From the NCBI GenBank assembly GCA_002269645.1, contig NIVC01002096.1, forward strand, positions 1 through 64,000: DNA of 64,000 bases, given 5' to 3'. Of the stretch, positions 60,305-64,000 are shown piece after piece. How positions within the stretch are numbered: position 1 is the stretch's first letter; every line of letters starts with the position of its first letter. The position numbers were made by a program, and so were the translations under genes. Under the pieces are notes generated by a model. That model was not told where the DNA came from. It saw nothing but the letters and a program-made list of their open reading frames with translations, and did no database searches. Source of the stretch: Macrostomum lignano (lineage: Eukaryota).

Positions 60305-61830
60305 CTCCATTTCAGCATTCGAGGTGTGCCACGAAGCTCACAGATGTTCAATTGAAAAGATATTTTTGGTGTAAAGTCTACTCAGATGTTATATTGCAAA
60401 AATGCTTTTAGTTTAATTTTAAAAAGATTTTCCTTGCTGTAGTATGCATTTGATTTTTTTGTACAGTCACCATCTCGGTCGTAGATTCTAAAGAAAATTC
60501 ACTCCATTTCAGCATTCGAGGTGTGCCACGAAGCTCACAGATGTTCAATTGAAAAGATATTTTTGGTGTAAAGTCTACTCAGATGTTATATTGCAAAAAT
60601 GCCTTTAGTTTAATTTTAAAAAGATTTTCCTTGCTGTAGTATGCATTTGATTTTTTTGTACAGTCACCATCTACGTCGTAAATTCTAAAGAAAATTCACT
60701 CCGTTTCAGCATTCGAGGTGTGCCACGAAGCTCACAGATGTTCAATTGAAAAGATATTTTTGGTGTAAAGTCTACTCAGATGTTATATTGCAAAAAAGCT
60801 ATTAGTTTAATTTTAAAAAGATTTTCCTTACTGTAGTATGCATTTGATTTTTTTGTACAGTCACCATCTACGTCGTAAATTCTAAAGAAAATTCACTCCA
60901 TTTCAGCATTCGAGGTGTGCCACGAAGCTCACAGATGTTCAATTGAAAAGATATTTTTTGTGTAAGGTCTACTCAGATGTTATATTGCAAAAATGCTTTT
61001 AGTTTAATTTTAAAAAGATTTTCCTTGCTGTAGTATGCATTTGATTTTTTTGTACAGTCACCATCTACGTCGTAAATTCTAAAGAAAATTCACTCCATTT
61101 CAGCATTCGAGGTGTGCCACGAAGCTCACAGATGTTCAATTGAAAAGATATTTTTGGTGTAAAGTCTACTCAGATGTTATATTGCAAAAATGCTATTAGT
61201 TTAATTTTAAAAAGATTTTCCTTGCTGTAGTATGCATTTGATTTTTTTGTACAGTCACCATCTACGTCGTAAATTCTAAAGAAAATTCACTCCATTTCAG
61301 CATTCGAGGTGTGCCACGAAGCTCACAGATGTTCAATTGAAAAGATATTTTTGGTGTAAAGTCTACTCAGATGTTATATTGCAAAAATGCCTTTAGTTTA
61401 ATTTTAAAAAGATTTTCCTTGCTGTAGTATGCATTTGATTTTTTTGTACAGTCACCATCTACGTCGTAAATTCTAAAGAAAATTCACTCCATTTCAGCAT
61501 TCGAGGTGTGCCACGAAGCTCACAGATGTTCAATTGAAAAGATATTTTTGTGTAAGGTCTACTCAGATGTTATATTGCAAAAATGCTTTTAGTTTAATTT
61601 TAAAAAGATTTTCCTTGCTGTAGTATGCATTTGATTTTTTTGTACAGTCACCATCTACGTCGTAAATTCTAAAGAAAATTCACTCCATTTCAGCATTCGA
61701 GGTGTGCCACGAAGCTCACAGATGTTCAATTGAAAAGATATTTTTTGTGTAAGGTCTACTCAGATGTTATATTGCAAAAATGCTATTAGTTTAATTTTAA
61801 AAAGATTTTCCTTACTGTAGTATGCATTTG
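60305..61830. repeat. 197-bp satellite, about 7.8 near-identical copies
   Basis: Unit start CTCC(A/G)TTTCAGCATTCGAGG at 60305, 60502, 60699, 60896, 61093, 61290, 61487 and 61683. Confidence 0.97.
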
Positions 61831-63267
61831 CTTTTTTGTTTATTTATTTTCGTGGAACTGAACGTGGAACTGAAAATCCGGTCATGTGGAGTGATCTATC
61901 CAGAGTGTCGCGTTGGAGTTGGCGCGCGAGGATTTGAGTTAGAAAACAGTAATTTTTAAAAAAGAATTTGGATCCAAATTAAAGCAGATAAAAAACATTT
62001 CCTTTAATTTTTTTGAAAATTCTTTAACTTTCATTGCTTTTTAGCATTTGCTTTTTTATACAATTTTGTTATTTTTAAAGAATTAAAACTAGTTTTTAAA
62101 ACTAGTCAACGAAAAAATATTGTATTGCATGACGACGAGTGTATAGTATAGTGTTGTTCGGTAGCCGCTAGAGAGCTAGTTGAGTTTAGAGCCTTAGAAA
62201 GAAATCGTTGTAAATTTGCAGGCTAAAATTACAGTGAATTTTTTTCTGATCAAGTCCTTAAAAATTAAAGTAGTTAATAATTTGTATTGTCATGGCTGAT
62301 GTTCTTTCAATAATTCGAGACTACACTATAAAAAATAAAGAAATAGTAGAAAAGGATGATGAAGTTATCTTTGGAGACTTTGCCTATCCTAAGAGTACAA
62401 AGACTAATTACATTATATGGGGGTAAGTAAATTTAGTATGTTTGTATTTAAATTCAGTATATTAGATGGTAGTATGTAATCTTTATTCCCATTTAAGTTG
62501 AGTATAACCATAAGGACTCCAGCCCAGTGAGATTTTGATAGTTATTTTATTAGTACTTTTTAACTGTATTTGATAAAATTTATTTGCCTGCTTTTGAAAT
62601 TTGTCAAGTAAAAAAAGTTATAAATCTTTTTACAATAATTGTATTTGTATGTTACCATTTTCATTGATAATGTTTTCAATGATTTTGAAAAGTAGACCTA
62701 TTTATATTTTGGCAATTTTGCCTAGTAGTATTATTACTATTAAGTAGGTTACTATTACTACTATTTTGGCTTAATAAGTAGTATTGTATAAACAAGCAAT
62801 TGTTATTTATTATTATGTCTATGATAACTATTTAAACAATATATATATGCAATCCTGATTTATACTGACTATTTCTATATGACTTACTTTTTGAGTTTGA
62901 CCAAAAATGTCATTTATATATGAAAAAACCCTAAAACAAAATTAATACAATTTTGGATAAATAGCAAAAATTATTAAGGCTTATTATAATACCTATGGCG
63001 AAATCCAAAAACATGGGATAAAATGGTAAAACAAATCTGCGGACATTTGATGGAAAGTAATGTATCTAAAAAAGGTTTTTGAAAGATAGATAGGTCTTTA
63101 GAAAATAGTTCTGGATAAAAACTATTGTTTTCATGCTTTATATTGTTGAATAAATAAGAAAAAACCACAAAAAATCATTTTGAAAGTCCAAGTTGACCGA
63201 TTTGCAATTTTTTGTTTCACTTTTTTTCATTATTAAACAATTAATTTTAAGACTTGTAGGCCTTAGA

Positions 63268-63562
63268 GCCCTATTGCAGCCAATGGCCATTTTCGTGGAC
63301 GGCGTCCGGCGCGGATTGGCCTGGCGGCAGCGCGGCGCATGGTGGCGGCGCGCGGTGGTGTGGCGTGTGGCGGCGGTGTGGCAGGTGCTTCGGCGACTGG
63401 TGGCAACAAAGGGCCGGGTCAACGTCGATTGATGCGAGCCATTGACTGATTAATTGAACCAAATCACTGATCCTGGGGACTGGCCCTGGCGCGGTACGGG
63501 TAGATGTCTGGCGCGGGAAAGGGGGGCGTCTGGCGCGGTTCAGACCTTGGCTGCAATAGGGC
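63268..63562. mobile_element. GC-rich MITE, 295 bp, with perfect 16-bp TIR
   Basis: GCCCTATTGCAGCCAA (63268-63283) / TTGGCTGCAATAGGGC (63547-63562). CTTAGA lies directly outside both ends (63262-63267 and 63563-63568). Confidence 0.8.
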
Positions 63563-64000
63563 CTTAGAGAAGGCTAATTTTTTACTACTTACAAAACAGA
63601 AAGTAATCTGTGTTTTACTTTTTATTCAATTCAAAAAGATGAAGTATTTCTACGGATTTCAAAGTTTTTCTAAAACCATATAAACTTGCAAAAATTCATA
63701 CTAATATAAAGTGCAAAGTTTGCCAGCAAACATCTTTCTCTAAAAGTAAATATATCACTAATTCCTTGTTGCAAAATAATATTTAAGTTGTTTTCTTTCA
63801 TTTGAATATTAACTTGCATAGTATTAGTATTTGTAATATGCCTATATTTAGACTTAAAAATTTTGGGTAAAAAATGGTACCACAAAATGTGAACCCGGCA
63901 TCCAAATCAGATGCTTACTGTATGCTCATTAAGTGACAAAGAACAATGAAATTACACTAAAACATGTATCATTGCGGTGTATATGCAGGAAAAAAAGAAT

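Larger units (their letters stand above)
57522..61885. mobile_element. Composite non-autonomous TIR element (MULE-like?), 4364 bp, with 32-bp imperfect TIRs and flanking 9-bp direct repeat
   Basis: ATGACCGGATTTTCGGTTCTCGGTTCAGTTCC (57522-57553) versus the reverse complement of 61854-61885, 28/32 identical. GTGGAGTGA lies immediately outside both ends (57513-57521 and 61886-61894). No transposase inside. Confidence 0.6.

Overview
Eukaryotic, intron-containing animal DNA. A free-living flatworm such as Macrostomum is my inference from the GC-rich exons with poly-Q/H/A/G runs, (GATA)n tracts, minisatellite-filled introns and an RTE-like LINE; I cannot verify it here. Six protein-coding genes were rebuilt by hand from GT-AG splice sites and reading phase. 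(1) A very large lipid-transfer protein (apolipophorin/apoB-like; minus, <1-8904, runs off the left edge), broken by about six frameshifts, most of them 1-nt deletions. (2) A complete 8-exon ROR receptor tyrosine kinase (minus, 10391-16674, 986 aa) with pseudokinase-type motifs. (3) A 5-exon, 226-aa type-I membrane protein (minus, 40034-44584) that the ORF track catches only in fragments; its membrane-proximal half resembles PTTG1IP. (4) A Quiver/Sleepless-like Ly6 GPI protein (plus, 46149-47244). (5) Glomulin (minus, 49147-~52587). (6) BRX1/BRIX1 (minus, 53868-54896). BRX1 and glomulin both lack an in-frame ATG at the expected N-terminus. BRX1 opens in phase 0 right after a strong splice acceptor, which fits a spliced-leader-supplied AUG and a possible operon, although assembly indels are a real alternative. 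About 30 tandem arrays, a CORE-type tRNA SINE, several MITEs, RT fragments and a 4.36-kb element with TIRs and a 9-bp direct repeat that carries a 197-bp satellite fill the rest. All long ORFs between 16 and 40 kb are repeat artefacts.
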